Notes under the pieces: generated by a model
What the model saw: the letters and a program-made list of their open reading frames with translations, nothing else
Database searches by the model: none
What the model was told of the DNA's origin: nothing
In this document: piece after piece, positions 62,950 through 64,000 of the stretch
Layout of the letters: each line of letters opens with the position of its first letter
How positions within the stretch are numbered: the stretch's first letter is position 1
Origin: Vicugna vicugna
Taxonomy: Eukaryota
Direction of reading: 5' to 3'
Assembly (NCBI GenBank): GCA_013265495.1
Contig: MU058065.1
Span: 7,316,302-7,380,301, forward strand
Length of the DNA stretch: 64,000 bases
Translations under genes and position numbers: made by a program

Positions 62950-63074
62950 AGGCGGGGAGGTGAGTAAAGGCCCTGTTTTCATCATAAGGCTCCAGAGAAT
63001 GATGAGAATATGGACAAAACACATGAGAACAGCTGTAACAATAGAGCTTGAAAAACAATGAAAGTGAGGGAATT

Positions 63075-63883
63075 TTAGTCAAAATGGTATATTCGGTTCA
63101 CATCTTGAGGCCTTCACTCTGCTTGGACACATCACAGTATCAATAAAATACCAGACTTGTAGATGTGGCTGAATCTCCACATCCTATGAGACCACAGGTT
63201 AAAAAAAAATAAAGTCAGAGGCAGCTGCATACTCAATCCTGCTAGTATAATAATGGGTATAAAGAGCCTTATCCCTGCCATGGTTATCAAGTCATAAAGA
63301 GGCTGGAGAAAATTTAACAACCAAGTCTATAACTTATACAAAACTACATGCCTATGGAAGCAGGAGAAGACAGAACACAGTCCCTGAGCTAAGACCTGGG
63401 TCAATACGCCTACTGGCTTGAAGATTAAATCTGTAATATGCTTAATTTCATACAAAAATGGAAATTCCAAGCTTCCTATATATAACCTGGTTCTGAACTG
63501 GACTCATATAAGGTGAACCTGTAAAACAAAATTCTGAGATACACAAGAGATATTGATGATAAGACAGGCACCTAACAAAATAAAAAATGGGAAAATGAAT
63601 TAATCTCAGGTTAAAGTAATAGAACAATTTAAAATGATTTAAAAATAAGTATGTTTAGGATTGTCAAAGAGATAAAGGAATATTAACCAGAATAATTAAA
63701 AGCTAAAGAATCAAACAAGGAATGATGGAACAAAAGAAGCAAAAATTATGAGAGAATATTTAAACTAACAATAGCAAACTGTGATACTAAAAATAAAGTA
63801 TTTCATAACATTGGAAAAACATTACTCAACAAATAGAATAAACTACAAACTAGGGCCTGTCAAGAAGAAAGTATGTAAATGGG
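63075..63883 (+). mobile_element. Ancient L1 5'/ORF1-region remnant
   Basis: A-rich; 'tttaaaaataagtatgtttaggattgtcaaagagataaagga', 'aatagaataaactacaaactag'. Confidence 0.5.
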
Positions 63884-64000
63884 TGTGATGGTTAATTTTA
63901 GGTGTCTACTTGACTGGGCATGGGATGTCCAGATATTTAGTCAAAAATGTTCTGTGCATTTCTGTGAGAGTGATTTTTAATGAGGTTAACATTTTAATCA
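63884..64000 (+). mobile_element. MLT2 LTR 5' end (runs off window)
   Basis: tgtgatggttaattttaggtgtctacttgactggg...ccagatatttagtcaaa...gaggttaacatttta. Confidence 0.88.

Noticed and set aside
1..64000. Assignment to a specific gene locus
   Set aside because: No exon or RNA gene that I recognise; needs BLAT of the unique segments (e.g. 45620-45850)

Overview
Mammalian non-coding DNA, either intergenic or deep intronic. It is most likely camelid (alpaca/camel-like). This is inferred from the sequence of the young L1 3' ends and from the absence of recognisable Alu, B1/B2, Bov-A/CHR or PRE-1 SINEs. I found no credible host protein-coding gene, rRNA, tRNA or CRISPR array. Every ORF in the track with recognisable protein similarity is a broken LINE-1 ORF2 fragment: the RT YADD motif at 49070-49360 and the C-terminal CWRGCGEKG...HCWWEC region at 923-1246 and 47598-47969. 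Roughly half the window is transposon fossils: young and ancient L1, MLT1/MLT2/LTR33/LTR16-like and ERV1-like LTRs, L2, MIR, L3/CR1, MER5 and MER103. The rest is unique sequence with candidate enhancers (a CpG-enriched block at about 21 kb, homeodomain-motif islands at about 31, 41 and 45.7 kb, many AP-1 sites), a few candidate non-coding exons and non-B DNA motifs. I cannot support a previously undescribed biological system here. The best leads are a three-tier nested insertion containing an L1 whose 5'UTR appears fused to its 3'UTR, the 21-kb regulatory block, and the putative conserved elements. Repeat family names come from remembered consensus motifs, and boundaries are approximate unless a TSD is given.
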